A stretch of 64,000 bases of DNA from sequence record PV340851.1; one strand, written 5' to 3'. The first letter of the stretch is position 1. Every line of letters starts with the position of its first letter. Below are positions 29,479 through 39,241 of the stretch, piece by piece. The translations under genes and the position numbers were made by a program. A model generated the notes under the pieces. It saw only the letters and a program-made list of their open reading frames with translations, had not been told where the DNA came from and searched no databases.

Positions 29479-30714
29479 ATGAAAGCAGGAGACTTTGCCA
29501 GAAACGGAGGCAAATACCTAGACCGAATCGATACTTTCTTCGATAAAGCACTAGGTAGAAATGGAAAGGAGAATAGATTCCTCACTGACGTTGGCGTCGT
29601 AGAGGTTTCAGGTTTCCAAGTGACTCAGAAGCAGGGAAAGAAGTATAAGAAGTCTAAGTTTATAGACCTGCATGGCATGAAAAGAACTGCTGAGTCAGAA
29701 GCAAAGCAACTGTTCCAATCAATCTGTCTAGCAGGTTTTCGTGGACAGAATAATATAGAATTTACATGTAATTTTCCTGCTGGACCAGATACACCAAGAG
29801 CAATCAGCAGTAGAGACTTTGAATTAGAACTAGCAGACTTTGAAAAGACTGGTGAGTTTGGTGGTCAGGTCAAGGGTGGCAAGAAAGTCAACATGGGTAA
29901 TCAATATGAAGACGATCTTACTGAATCATTGATCGCATACTGCTCTGGTGAACCAGTCAAGAAGTACAAAGATCATGTAGATCAGATTATTGGTGCTCTC
30001 ACGGCAGCATATGGTGAGGGACCAACCAAAGCAATAGGAGAGGGTGGTTTTAACAAAGCACGACCTCTTAAGAAGAGAGGAAGCAACATTATTATCTCTG
30101 CGGGTGGTGCAGATACCCTAAACATCGGGTCTACACTCACAGATATCACACTAGAAATTGCTGGCAAACCTGTATATCTCTCCGTAAAGTTTGGCAGCAC
30201 ACTCTCATTCTTTAACTGTGGCGTCAAAGGTGGTGGCACTGGTAAACTATCTTTGTTCCCTGAGCAGAAATTGAAGTCAGGTGAGATTCCTGCAGACGGT
30301 CAACTATACCTTGACATGTTTGGTATCAACCATCAGAAATTCCTGGATGTTTGGGAAAATTATGGTAAAACTGGTGGTCCTACGGTCCCTGGTCACATTG
30401 CAGAGACTACTTTGAGTTCTAAAGGTAAGAGAGCACTGGAAGATTTGATCAAAAGTGGTGTGGGGTATGGGTATTGGATGTGTCATTACACTGGATCTGC
30501 CCTACATTTCTATGAGATCGATAGAAAGTATATGGAAGACGCTGCTACTCTCCTAAGTAATAAGGTAGAAGTAAACTATGGTGGTGTTTCTGGTACAGGT
30601 AAGCGTATTGATATGATTTTTGAGACGAAGACCTACGAATTCAAATTCAACATCAGAAACAAGCAAGGTGGGGTCTATCCTACCCACAGTAACGGAGACT
30701 ATTATAAAAAGTAA
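29479..30714 (+). CDS. Hypothetical protein, putative PD-(D/E)xK-fold nuclease
   Basis: GNQYE...TLTDITL...YLSVK matches an E...D...SxK active-site variant; follows late promoter 29449. Confidence 0.5.
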   Translation: MKAGDFARNGGKYLDRIDTFFDKALGRNGKENRFLTDVGVVEVSGFQVTQKQGKKYKKSKFIDLHGMKRTAESEAKQLFQSICLAGFRGQNNIEFTCNFPAGPDTPRAISSRDFELELADFEKTGEFGGQVKGGKKVNMGNQYEDDLTESLIAYCSGEPVKKYKDHVDQIIGALTAAYGEGPTKAIGEGGFNKARPLKKRGSNIIISAGGADTLNIGSTLTDITLEIAGKPVYLSVKFGSTLSFFNCGVKGGGTGKLSLFPEQKLKSGEIPADGQLYLDMFGINHQKFLDVWENYGKTGGPTVPGHIAETTLSSKGKRALEDLIKSGVGYGYWMCHYTGSALHFYEIDRKYMEDAATLLSNKVEVNYGGVSGTGKRIDMIFETKTYEFKFNIRNKQGGVYPTHSNGDYYKK

Positions 30715-31916
30715 TGGCAAACGTAACTCAACTCAAGCACTTAGAACACCTAGAAGATGAGATGCTCAACTATGGAGTTGAGGGATGTGTGGCGTCAGTC
30801 AATTTCCTAAAGGAATTGATGAAGATGTTAGGCAAAAAATCTGACGCCAGTGGATTTTTGCAGACAAAATGGGACGGAGCACCATCAGTTATCTGTGGAA
30901 CGTCACCTACAACAGGCATGTTCTTTGTTGGAACTAAGTCAGTCTTTAATAAGACTGAACCTAAGACATGTTTTACTGAAGAGCAGATTGATGTCTGGTA
31001 TCAGGGTGACTTGGCAACTAAACTGAAGTATGCTCTAAGATATTTTCAAGAACTAGACTTTGATGGTGTCATCCAGGGTGATCTTCTGTTCACTGATGAC
31101 ACTCTCGACACTAAAACAGTGGACGGCGAACAGTATTATATGTTCCAACCCAACACTATTACCTATGCTGCCCCTGTAAACAGTCCCTTGGGTAAGCAAC
31201 TCAAGGCAGCAAAGATAGGTGTGGTGTTCCATACCCACTACACAGGTGATGTACTAGCAGATATGCAAGCAAGAGCTGGTGCAAAGGGTGTCAAGGGTAA
31301 TCAGCATGTTGCTGTCATCCAAAACGACACTCCCATCAATAAAGTAACACTTTCTGTTACAGAGATCTCAGAATTAAATCGACACATCGCTAAAATAGAA
31401 AGGATGTGTAAAGTATGTGGGGACTTCTTGGATGATCTTGTGTCAAACTTTGGTACTACTGGCGATGCTAAATTTCATATCTCTACTTATCTTAAACCAT
31501 TTTTCAACTCAGAGATTAGAGACAGGCGCAATGTTGGAAACATTGATGAGACTATATACGCTCTGGTAAACTTCTACGATGCCAAGATGCAGAAGGAGTT
31601 GGCGAAGATCAAGACACCTGCTAACAGGGTGAAGAAGTGCAATCTGGTCTATAAGAGTGAGAACTACCTGATCGATAACGTGTACAAGTTCAAGGCGATG
31701 CTTGCATTGTACAAAGAATTCCAGATTATCAAACAAAAGATCATAGATAAATTGGACCACCTTGAACAATTCAAGACGTTTGTCCAGACTGAGAACGGAT
31801 ACAAGGTGACTACACCTGAGGGATACGTTCTCCACCAGGACGGCAGCATGATCAAACTGGTCAATAGACTAGAGTTTGCCTACAACAACTTCACCCTACA
31901 GAAACAATGGCGCTAA
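30714..31916 (+). CDS. Conserved protein with ATP-dependent ligase / nucleotidyltransferase motifs
   Basis: TKWDG (motif I), IQGDLLF (III), VVFHT (IIIa), PEGYVL (IV) and IKLVNR (V). Confidence 0.65.
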   Translation: MANVTQLKHLEHLEDEMLNYGVEGCVASVNFLKELMKMLGKKSDASGFLQTKWDGAPSVICGTSPTTGMFFVGTKSVFNKTEPKTCFTEEQIDVWYQGDLATKLKYALRYFQELDFDGVIQGDLLFTDDTLDTKTVDGEQYYMFQPNTITYAAPVNSPLGKQLKAAKIGVVFHTHYTGDVLADMQARAGAKGVKGNQHVAVIQNDTPINKVTLSVTEISELNRHIAKIERMCKVCGDFLDDLVSNFGTTGDAKFHISTYLKPFFNSEIRDRRNVGNIDETIYALVNFYDAKMQKELAKIKTPANRVKKCNLVYKSENYLIDNVYKFKAMLALYKEFQIIKQKIIDKLDHLEQFKTFVQTENGYKVTTPEGYVLHQDGSMIKLVNRLEFAYNNFTLQKQWR

Positions 31917-32470
31917 ACTGTATCAAATGCTATTTTACCTTCGGTAGGTTTCAACCACCCACCACAGGTCACAAAGAGAACTTCGATGGGGTGAAACGCA
32001 TCGCGGGTGGGCATGACTATAGGATCTATATTTCTCAGACATTCGATGAGAAGGGCAAGAATCCTTTGCCACCTGACAGGAAACTGTTTTATATGGAGAA
32101 GATGTTCCCAGAACACAAGGGCAAGATCTTTTCTGGACCTAAAGATCCTGTAGCTATCATGCAAGATCTTATGATGGCAGGGTATAATGAGGTTATATTC
32201 TTGGTAGGATCTGATAGAGTAAACGCTATGCAGTTCCTTCATAAATACAACGGAAAGGATTTTTCCTTTCGCAAGATTGAAATACGATCTTCAGGTAGCA
32301 GAGATGCTGACGGTGATACGTTTGCTATTTCAGGTACAAAGATGAGACGTGCAGCATTTGCTAACGATTTCAAACTCTTCCGCCAGGGTATACCCAGGGC
32401 ATTGAATGATAAAGACTGTAAGATGATGATGGATGAGATTAGAAAAAACCTGCCAGCAAACTTTAAATGA
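31907..32470 (+). CDS. HxGH-superfamily nucleotidylyltransferase (cytidylyltransferase-like)
   Basis: FTFGRFQPPTTGH, VGSDRV and ISGTKMR. Confidence 0.85.
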   Translation: MALNCIKCYFTFGRFQPPTTGHKENFDGVKRIAGGHDYRIYISQTFDEKGKNPLPPDRKLFYMEKMFPEHKGKIFSGPKDPVAIMQDLMMAGYNEVIFLVGSDRVNAMQFLHKYNGKDFSFRKIEIRSSGSRDADGDTFAISGTKMRRAAFANDFKLFRQGIPRALNDKDCKMMMDEIRKNLPANFK

Positions 32471-32745
32471 AAAATTTTAAAGAACTAAAGAACAAAGCGT
32501 TCCAAGAAGGTTTTAGACATAAGAAAACATTCTGTGAGGGTGACGTTGTTATGTCTGCTGTCACAGGTGAGAAGGGTAGAATACACAGAGCAGGTGTCAA
32601 CTATGCAATCTGTGTAACAGAGTCTGGAACCATGTTTCGCGCATGGGTAAAAGATCTGCGCGAGGTTGCAACAATTGAAACCATAAATAAAGAAAGGAAA
32701 AGCAGTATCTTTACAAATAATGGAAAGGCAAAAACCAATCAATAG
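32467..32745 (+). CDS. Small beta-barrel (SH3/KOW-like) hypothetical protein
   Basis: EGDVVM...GEKGRIHRAGVNYAIC...MFRAW; ATGA-coupled to the nucleotidyltransferase. Confidence 0.65.
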   Translation: MKNFKELKNKAFQEGFRHKKTFCEGDVVMSAVTGEKGRIHRAGVNYAICVTESGTMFRAWVKDLREVATIETINKERKSSIFTNNGKAKTNQ

Positions 32746-33490
32746 CGTTCAGCATAACGATGAGTTTTCCAAGGCACTCATCGAGTCCTATGGTCGCTGG
32801 ATGGGCGGCGCAGGGTTTGGGTGGCACCTTAATGAAGAAGGAATTCCTGCCGAGCAGAAGCAAGGTGAGGAACAACCTACCCGTGAAGGTGGTGCTGACG
32901 CTTCAACATCGATTCCCGATCTTTCTGGTAAGGAGGAGAAGAGTGATGAAGGACCTAAAGATATCAAAGCAAATGCAGGTGCTCCTGATCCTGCTACCGA
33001 TCTTCGCGTCGGTGCAGGTGTCAAACAGTCTCACGGAGCAGAAATTAAAGACACCACGAAGGTGGTTGCAAGGGAGGCAAAAGGTGATTGCTGCTCTTAC
33101 TGCGGAGGGGAAGGGTGCTCCCGCTGTCAGAAGGAAGATAAGGAAGTAAAGAAAGAGACTGTTGAGTTTGAACTTAACGGTGAGACATACATCTTTGAAG
33201 CAGAAAAGAAGAAAGGACTTGACGGCAAGGCATGCTGGAAAGGTTATAAGCAGATGGGCACCAAGAAGAAGGGTGGCAAGACTGTTGACAACTGTGTCAA
33301 GGCAGGTTACGAACCCGAAGGTCAAGTGCTTGGTGAAAAGAAACTTGATCCCGTAGGTAAGGAAGACAAGGACATCGATAACGACGGTGACCACGATAAG
33401 TCTGACAAGTATCTACTTGCTCGCCGTAAGAAAGTTACCAAACTGATCGGCAAGAAAAAGAAGATGAAGGAAGAAGCTGAAAAAAAGTAA
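32720..33490 (+). CDS. Charged low-complexity late protein, possibly extended by a -1 frameshift to 33585
   Basis: Late promoter at 32683; contains CWKGYK and DIDNDGDHD motifs; ends GAA AAA AAG TAA. Confidence 0.8.
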   Translation: MERQKPINSVQHNDEFSKALIESYGRWMGGAGFGWHLNEEGIPAEQKQGEEQPTREGGADASTSIPDLSGKEEKSDEGPKDIKANAGAPDPATDLRVGAGVKQSHGAEIKDTTKVVAREAKGDCCSYCGGEGCSRCQKEDKEVKKETVEFELNGETYIFEAEKKKGLDGKACWKGYKQMGTKKKGGKTVDNCVKAGYEPEGQVLGEKKLDPVGKEDKDIDNDGDHDKSDKYLLARRKKVTKLIGKKKKMKEEAEKK

Positions 33491-33607
33491 AGAAGCCAGT
33501 GGTTGAGATCATGCCTGAGATTGACGACGGCGAACAAGATCGTAAACCAATGAAACCTGGCAAACTGAAGAACAAGAATAAATAATCTTGCACCTTGCTA
33601 TAAGATC

Positions 33608-33820
33608 ATGCTTGCATTCCTACTACCACTCGCATCGAAGATTGTCGATGCTGCTATTGCTAAGATTCCCGACGATGAGGATCTGGGTGAGAAACTGATT
33701 GAAATCTGCCTACACATTTTGCGTAAGGCAGTATCACTGACCAAAACAGATATTGACGACCAACTACTTGCGGTAGTTGAGAAAGCAATTGCCACCCGAG
33801 AAGAAGCACCAGCTGAGTGA
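33608..33820 (+). CDS. Hypothetical protein
   Basis: 70 aa, after late promoter 33578. Confidence 0.75.
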   Translation: MLAFLLPLASKIVDAAIAKIPDDEDLGEKLIEICLHILRKAVSLTKTDIDDQLLAVVEKAIATREEAPAE

Positions 33821-33829
33821 ACATAAATG

Positions 33830-33860
33830 GGGACCTTAACGGTCCCTTTTTTTATAAATA
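33830..33860 (+). terminator. Terminator followed by a consensus T4 late promoter TATAAATA
   Basis: GGGACC-TTAAC-GGTCCC plus T tract; TATAAATA at 33853-33860. Confidence 0.88.
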
Positions 33861-33891
33861 CATAATAGCAAAAGTAATCTTTGGAGATCCA

Positions 33892-34467
33892 ATGTCCCTA
33901 TACGGAAGAACGGACAGCAATGCTAACAAGACCAAAGCTGGTCGTGGAGTGTCTGCATCGTCCCAAGCAAAACAAATTCTATTCATTGACGACACAGAAG
34001 CAGCACTCGCGGAAAACAAAGCACGCGGTCTGAATGCTCCTGGTTGGTGGTCCTACTACACCTATACCGATACGGAAGGTCACACTCGTCATAAGGCAGA
34101 GATGCTGGTAACCATTGCTGGTCCTGATCTCAATGCTAACGAGACCCAGGCAGACGACGCTGCAGCAGCAGATGTTTCTGTTATCATTACCATCAATACT
34201 CAACCTGCTACTCAGGCAGTTGCTGTTGGTGATCCACTATCCTTGAGCGTTGCTGCTATTTCCACACCTCCTGGTGATGCTTCCACGCTTCAGTATCAGT
34301 GGCAGAAGAAGTCTGGCAGACGCTGGACAAACATCGGTGCTAATCAACCCACCTATGATGTTGATCCTTATGCTGCTGAGAATGCTGGTGACTACAGAGT
34401 CAAGCTCACCACCACTACTGGTGCTTCTGAAGTAATTTCCGACACCGCTACTGTAACTACTGCCTGA
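33892..34467 (+). CDS. Virion structural protein with a C-terminal Ig-like domain
   Basis: GGAG SD before MSLYGRTDS; Ig pattern LQYQWQK...AGDYRVKL. Confidence 0.8.
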   Translation: MSLYGRTDSNANKTKAGRGVSASSQAKQILFIDDTEAALAENKARGLNAPGWWSYYTYTDTEGHTRHKAEMLVTIAGPDLNANETQADDAAAADVSVIITINTQPATQAVAVGDPLSLSVAAISTPPGDASTLQYQWQKKSGRRWTNIGANQPTYDVDPYAAENAGDYRVKLTTTTGASEVISDTATVTTA

Positions 34468-34474
34468 TGAATAA

Positions 34475-34831
34475 ATGATCTTCGATGAATTGACACCAGA
34501 AAACTGGATGTTCTTTGCTATTAAACATTATGACAATCCAAATTCTGTCACATATAGTGACTTTGAAGAAGATCTAAATAGAATCAGATATATCAAAAGA
34601 TTACTTAAAAGATTCGAGACATCAGGTGAACTCAAAACTCACCTGATTCTCAATCATATAATAGTAATGTATAATGTATTTGGTGATGCCGCAACACCTT
34701 TGTTGTTTTACAAAACCGAAGCAACCCATTGGTCTTATCTTAAAGCGTTTATGCTTTTCTTAGATAGACTACCTGATAGTTTAAACAAGGATGTAAGTCA
34801 AGAATGTCTAAAGCAGTTGAATCTAATCTAA
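34475..34831 (+). CDS. Conserved T4-like hypothetical protein
   Basis: FAIKHYDNP, DFEEDL.RIRYIKRL and LILNHIIV. Confidence 0.8.
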   Translation: MIFDELTPENWMFFAIKHYDNPNSVTYSDFEEDLNRIRYIKRLLKRFETSGELKTHLILNHIIVMYNVFGDAATPLLFYKTEATHWSYLKAFMLFLDRLPDSLNKDVSQECLKQLNLI

Positions 34832-34836
34832 ATGAA

Positions 34837-35511
34837 ATGATGGCGGGAGACGGATCAGGTCTCGCGCTACCTCCTGCTTTTGTCTTTGTTAATACAAAGG
34901 CAGGTCGTAAGACTAAGAAGAAATCTGATAAGGTTGATGGTCGTACAAGCGGTGCTAAACAGATGCTCTCTCGTATCAATAAAAGAAGTAAAATGAAAGA
35001 AGAATTAGAAACACAACTTTCTGAAGCTGCTCCCTCAGAAACTGAGAGAGCACAGAAACAGATTCAGCAACAAAAGAAACTGAATCGTTCTAAGGATCTG
35101 CAAAAGAAGCGCGAAGAAGCGAAGAAAAAAATGCAGTCCAAGACAAAAGAAATGGACACACTTATGAAGGCACGTCTTTCTGACTTTAAAAAGAAAGCAA
35201 GTGACCAGACTAAGAAACTTAAGAAAGAAGAAACTGAATTGACTACCGACATGATTAAAGAAAATTCTGACGCACTTGAAGTTGCACTCGATGTTGCAAC
35301 TCAGGAACTCGATCCTCGTGGTGAAACTAACTTCGCGAAGATCACATTTAATGATGGTTCTCAGCAGAACCTAGATAACTTCTCGGCGAAGAGAATTGCT
35401 GCTGCCTATGCACAATTGGATGAACCCAAGCAACTGCAGTATCGTTACATGCTGAACAAGGACGCTTCTACATTCCAATCCGCCCTAGACTTCGCAATTA
35501 AAAACGTTTAG
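34837..35511 (+). CDS. Hypothetical basic coiled-coil protein
   Basis: Track ORF 34804..35511; likely start MMAGDGSG. Confidence 0.75.
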   Translation: MMAGDGSGLALPPAFVFVNTKAGRKTKKKSDKVDGRTSGAKQMLSRINKRSKMKEELETQLSEAAPSETERAQKQIQQQKKLNRSKDLQKKREEAKKKMQSKTKEMDTLMKARLSDFKKKASDQTKKLKKEETELTTDMIKENSDALEVALDVATQELDPRGETNFAKITFNDGSQQNLDNFSAKRIAAAYAQLDEPKQLQYRYMLNKDASTFQSALDFAIKNV

Positions 35512-35521
35512 CAATACTAAG

Positions 35522-35956
35522 ATGGCATTCGGTCTAGGTAGATTAGCGGTCCTTGAATCAAAGCTCGACATTTATGAAGACCTATCACAACAAATGCTCG
35601 ACAAGCTTGAAAAAGCAGTAGGGACTATCTCAGAAAATAGCAACAGAGTTGCTATCATTTTGGAGCGTCATGAAAACAGACTGGATGAAAGCGAGAGGGC
35701 AGATAAATTGATTATCGGTATGTTGGAAGAGATGAAAGAGAGGCACGAAAAGGATAATGAAACTATCCACAACAGAGTGTCTACTCTTCAAAAGAAAGTA
35801 GATACTAATGCTAAGTTTGTGATCGGTGCTGGTGCTGTTCTTGCTACTATTGTGACAGTGTTACAAGTGGTCCCACCTCTGGTCAAGATGTTGACACCCA
35901 CTGCTAATGGTGCTATCATGGGCACAGCGACACCATTACTCAGTGAGTTATCTTGA
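35522..35956 (+). CDS. Coiled-coil protein with a C-terminal transmembrane helix
   Basis: Hydrophobic FVIGAGAVLATIVTVLQVV; adjacent to primase. Confidence 0.75.
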   Translation: MAFGLGRLAVLESKLDIYEDLSQQMLDKLEKAVGTISENSNRVAIILERHENRLDESERADKLIIGMLEEMKERHEKDNETIHNRVSTLQKKVDTNAKFVIGAGAVLATIVTVLQVVPPLVKMLTPTANGAIMGTATPLLSELS

Positions 35957-36932
35957 TACTAAGTATATTAATCTAGTATCACCACAACTGAATAAGTTTA
36001 CGCGAAAGAACGACAGAACGTATAACTTTCGTTGTCCATATTGTGGTGACTCTAAGAAGCATACTAATAAAGCTCGTGGATACTTTTTCAAAGTTAAGAA
36101 TGACTTTGTATATAAGTGTCACAATTGTGGTGTTGGGCGTACATTTACTAATTTTCTGAAGGATCAGTGTCCTCATCTCCATGATCAGTATGTCATGGAA
36201 AGATATAAAGAAGGACTGACAGGTAAGGGATCTCAGACAGCAAATCCCAAGTTTAATTTCAAACAACCTGTCTTTAAAACATCAAAAGTAATAGATCTTA
36301 CAGTTGTCTCGGAACTAAATAAAGAACATCCTGCAAGGCAATACTTACAGAACCGAAAAATTGAAGATCTAGACTCATTTTACTACTGTCCTAAATTTAA
36401 GGACTGGACTAACAAGCAAAAGAAAACGTTTGATACCTTAAGGCAGGATAGTCCTAGAATTATTATCCCATTGCGGGACAAAGATGGAACCATGTTTGGT
36501 TTCCAAGGGAGATCTCTTGCTCCAAAAGCAAAGATCAGATACATCACAATCATGCTTGACGAATCTAAACCCAAGGTGTATGGGTTAGATCGTATTGACC
36601 AATCGCAACCTGTATATGTCACCGAAGGACCCTTCGACAGTCATTTCATTAGAAATGCTATTGCTATGTGTGGTAGCGATGTTAACCTCAGCACTCTGGA
36701 TTGTGAGTTTGTATACACCTACGACAACGAACCAAGAAACCGAGAGATCATTGCTAAGATTGAGAAATCAATTAAGGCAGGATCTAAGGTAGTAATATTT
36801 CCCAAGAGCATCAAAGAAAAGGACCTGAATGATATGGTTCTTGCTGGACACAATGTACAAAATCTGGTAGAATCAAACACTTACCAGGGACTCGAAGCAA
36901 CCCTTAAACTGAACGAATGGAAAAAAGTATGA
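35943..36932 (+). CDS. gp61: DNA primase
   Basis: Zinc finger CPYCGDS...CHNC; TOPRIM motifs VTEGPFD and YDNEPRN; GTG start. Confidence 0.96.
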   Translation: MSYLDTKYINLVSPQLNKFTRKNDRTYNFRCPYCGDSKKHTNKARGYFFKVKNDFVYKCHNCGVGRTFTNFLKDQCPHLHDQYVMERYKEGLTGKGSQTANPKFNFKQPVFKTSKVIDLTVVSELNKEHPARQYLQNRKIEDLDSFYYCPKFKDWTNKQKKTFDTLRQDSPRIIIPLRDKDGTMFGFQGRSLAPKAKIRYITIMLDESKPKVYGLDRIDQSQPVYVTEGPFDSHFIRNAIAMCGSDVNLSTLDCEFVYTYDNEPRNREIIAKIEKSIKAGSKVVIFPKSIKEKDLNDMVLAGHNVQNLVESNTYQGLEATLKLNEWKKV

Positions 36933-39241
36933 GCAATGGTATCAAGGTCGTAAAGCGTGATGGTTCTATTGAACCGCTCAACTTGGATAAACTGCATAAG
37001 ATGGTAGATGAGGCATGCGAGGGTCTCTCAGGGGTCTCTGCAAGTCAGGTAGAGATGAACTCTGGCATCCAGTTTCATGACGGCATCACCACCGATCAGA
37101 TCCAGGAGATCTTAATCCGTTCTGCTAGTGATTTGATCAGTTTGGATTCTCCTAACTATCAGTTTGTTGCTGCTCGTCTGCTTCTGTTTAGTCTTCGTAA
37201 GTCTGTCTTCAATAAGGCAGTGTGGATCGATGGTATGCCTACTGCATACGATGTTGCACTGTATAACACAACTGTAAATAAAGTCTACGATGAAGATATC
37301 CTAGATAAGTATAGCGAAGAAGACTGGGTTAAGATTAATACTTGGATCGATCATGGTCGTGACTTCTTGTTTACATACGCAGGTCTGCGTCAAGTCGTAG
37401 ATAAGTATCTCGTACAAGATCGCAGCACTGGTGAAGTCTTTGAGACTCCACAGTACATGTATCTGTTCATCGCGATGACTCTCTTCGCAGACTACCCTCT
37501 CGCTACGAGACTCGATTATGTCCGAAGATACTACAACGCAATCAGCAAGCACAAAATCAACATTCCCACACCTATCATGGGAGGGGTGCGAACTCCACTT
37601 CGACAATTTGCTAGCTGTGTGCTTGTTGATATCGATGACACCCTCGATAGTATCTTTACTAGCGATATGGCTATTGGCAAATACGTTGCACAACGTGCGG
37701 GAATCGGTATCAACGCAGGCAGAATCCGTGGGGTCAACAGTAAGATCCGAGGCGGAGAGGTTCAACACACAGGTGTGGTCCCCTTCCTCAAAAAGTTTGA
37801 GTCAACTGTCAGATGTTGCACTCAAAACGGGATCCGAGGTGGGTCAGCGACTGTCCACTTTCCTATCTGGCATCAAGAAATAGAGGACATTCTTGTACTC
37901 AAGAACAACAAAGGAACCGAGGATAACCGTGTCAGAAAACTTGACTACAGCATCCAAATCAGTAAGATCTTCTACGAAAGATTCATCCAAAATGGAGACA
38001 TCACCTTATTCTCACCTCACGATGTCCCAGGTTTGTACGATGCTTTTGGCACTGACGACTTTGATGATCTCTATCAACGTTATGAATCTGATGGAAGCAT
38101 TCCAAAGAAGACTATCGGTGCTCAAGAACTATTTCTCAACCTCCTAAAGGAGAGAGCAGAGACTGGTCGCCTTTATATCATGAATATCGACCACTGCAAC
38201 TCACATTCATCCTTCAAGGACAAGGTGAACATGAGCAATCTGTGTCAGGAAATCACCCTTCCTACAGATCCACTGCAGCATATTGATGGTCAAGGAGAAA
38301 TTGCTCTCTGTATCTTGTCTGCTATCAACGTCGGTAAGATTAATAAATTAGAGGACATGGAAGATCTATGTGATCTTGCTGTTCGTGGTCTGGAAGAACT
38401 GATTGACTATCAGAACTACCCTGTTAAGGCAGCAGAGATCAGTACAAAGTCACGACGTTCCCTTGGTATTGGTTATATTGGTCTAGCACACTACCTAGCA
38501 AAACAAGGAGAACACTATGACGATCCAACCGCATGGAAACTTGTCCATGACCTCACTGAATCTTTCCAGTTCTATCTGCTCAAAGCAAGCAACGCCGTTG
38601 CGAAGGAAAAAGGGAAGTGTGGATATTTCCATCGCACCAAGTATGCAGACGGTCTGCTCCCAATCGACACTTACAAGCGTGAGGTCGATGAAATCTGTGG
38701 AGGAGAACTGAATCATGATTGGGAATCTCTTAGAACATCTATCAATGAGTTTGGATTGCGACACAGCACACTGTCCGCACAGATGCCATCGGAGAGTAGC
38801 TCCATTGTGTCAAACGAAACCAACGGAATCGAACCACCTAGAGACTACTTGTCCATTAAAAAATCAAAGAAAGGACCTCTTAAGCAGATTGTTCCACAAT
38901 ACAACACCCTGAAGAACAACTACACATTGCTTTGGGAAATGAAAGACAACACTGGTTACATCAATACTGTAGCAGTGATGCAAAAGTTCTTTGATCAAGC
39001 AATTTCAGGCAACTGGAGTTACAACCCAGAGAACTATCCTAACAACGAAGTCCCTGTCTCTGTTATGGCACAAGATCTTCTAAACACATACAAGTTTGGA
39101 TGGAAGACAAGTTACTATCAGAATACATATGATAGTAAGAAGGATGACTTAGAAGATACAAAAGAAGAATCAAATATCGATCAATTACTTTCACAAATCC
39201 AAGAAGCGGAGGAAGAAGCCTGTGACAGCTGCACAATTTAG
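36929..39241 (+). CDS. nrdA: Ribonucleotide reductase class Ia alpha subunit
   Basis: ATP cone VVKRDG, SNLCQEI and C-terminal CDSC. Confidence 0.98.
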   Translation: MSNGIKVVKRDGSIEPLNLDKLHKMVDEACEGLSGVSASQVEMNSGIQFHDGITTDQIQEILIRSASDLISLDSPNYQFVAARLLLFSLRKSVFNKAVWIDGMPTAYDVALYNTTVNKVYDEDILDKYSEEDWVKINTWIDHGRDFLFTYAGLRQVVDKYLVQDRSTGEVFETPQYMYLFIAMTLFADYPLATRLDYVRRYYNAISKHKINIPTPIMGGVRTPLRQFASCVLVDIDDTLDSIFTSDMAIGKYVAQRAGIGINAGRIRGVNSKIRGGEVQHTGVVPFLKKFESTVRCCTQNGIRGGSATVHFPIWHQEIEDILVLKNNKGTEDNRVRKLDYSIQISKIFYERFIQNGDITLFSPHDVPGLYDAFGTDDFDDLYQRYESDGSIPKKTIGAQELFLNLLKERAETGRLYIMNIDHCNSHSSFKDKVNMSNLCQEITLPTDPLQHIDGQGEIALCILSAINVGKINKLEDMEDLCDLAVRGLEELIDYQNYPVKAAEISTKSRRSLGIGYIGLAHYLAKQGEHYDDPTAWKLVHDLTESFQFYLLKASNAVAKEKGKCGYFHRTKYADGLLPIDTYKREVDEICGGELNHDWESLRTSINEFGLRHSTLSAQMPSESSSIVSNETNGIEPPRDYLSIKKSKKGPLKQIVPQYNTLKNNYTLLWEMKDNTGYINTVAVMQKFFDQAISGNWSYNPENYPNNEVPVSVMAQDLLNTYKFGWKTSYYQNTYDSKKDDLEDTKEESNIDQLLSQIQEAEEEACDSCTI

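Noticed and set aside
30700-30720. Second possible slippery site at the end of ORF 29479 (TAT AAA AAG TAA)
   Set aside because: The heptamer is T_AAA_AAG rather than XXXYYYZ, and the next gene has a normal TAATG coupled start.
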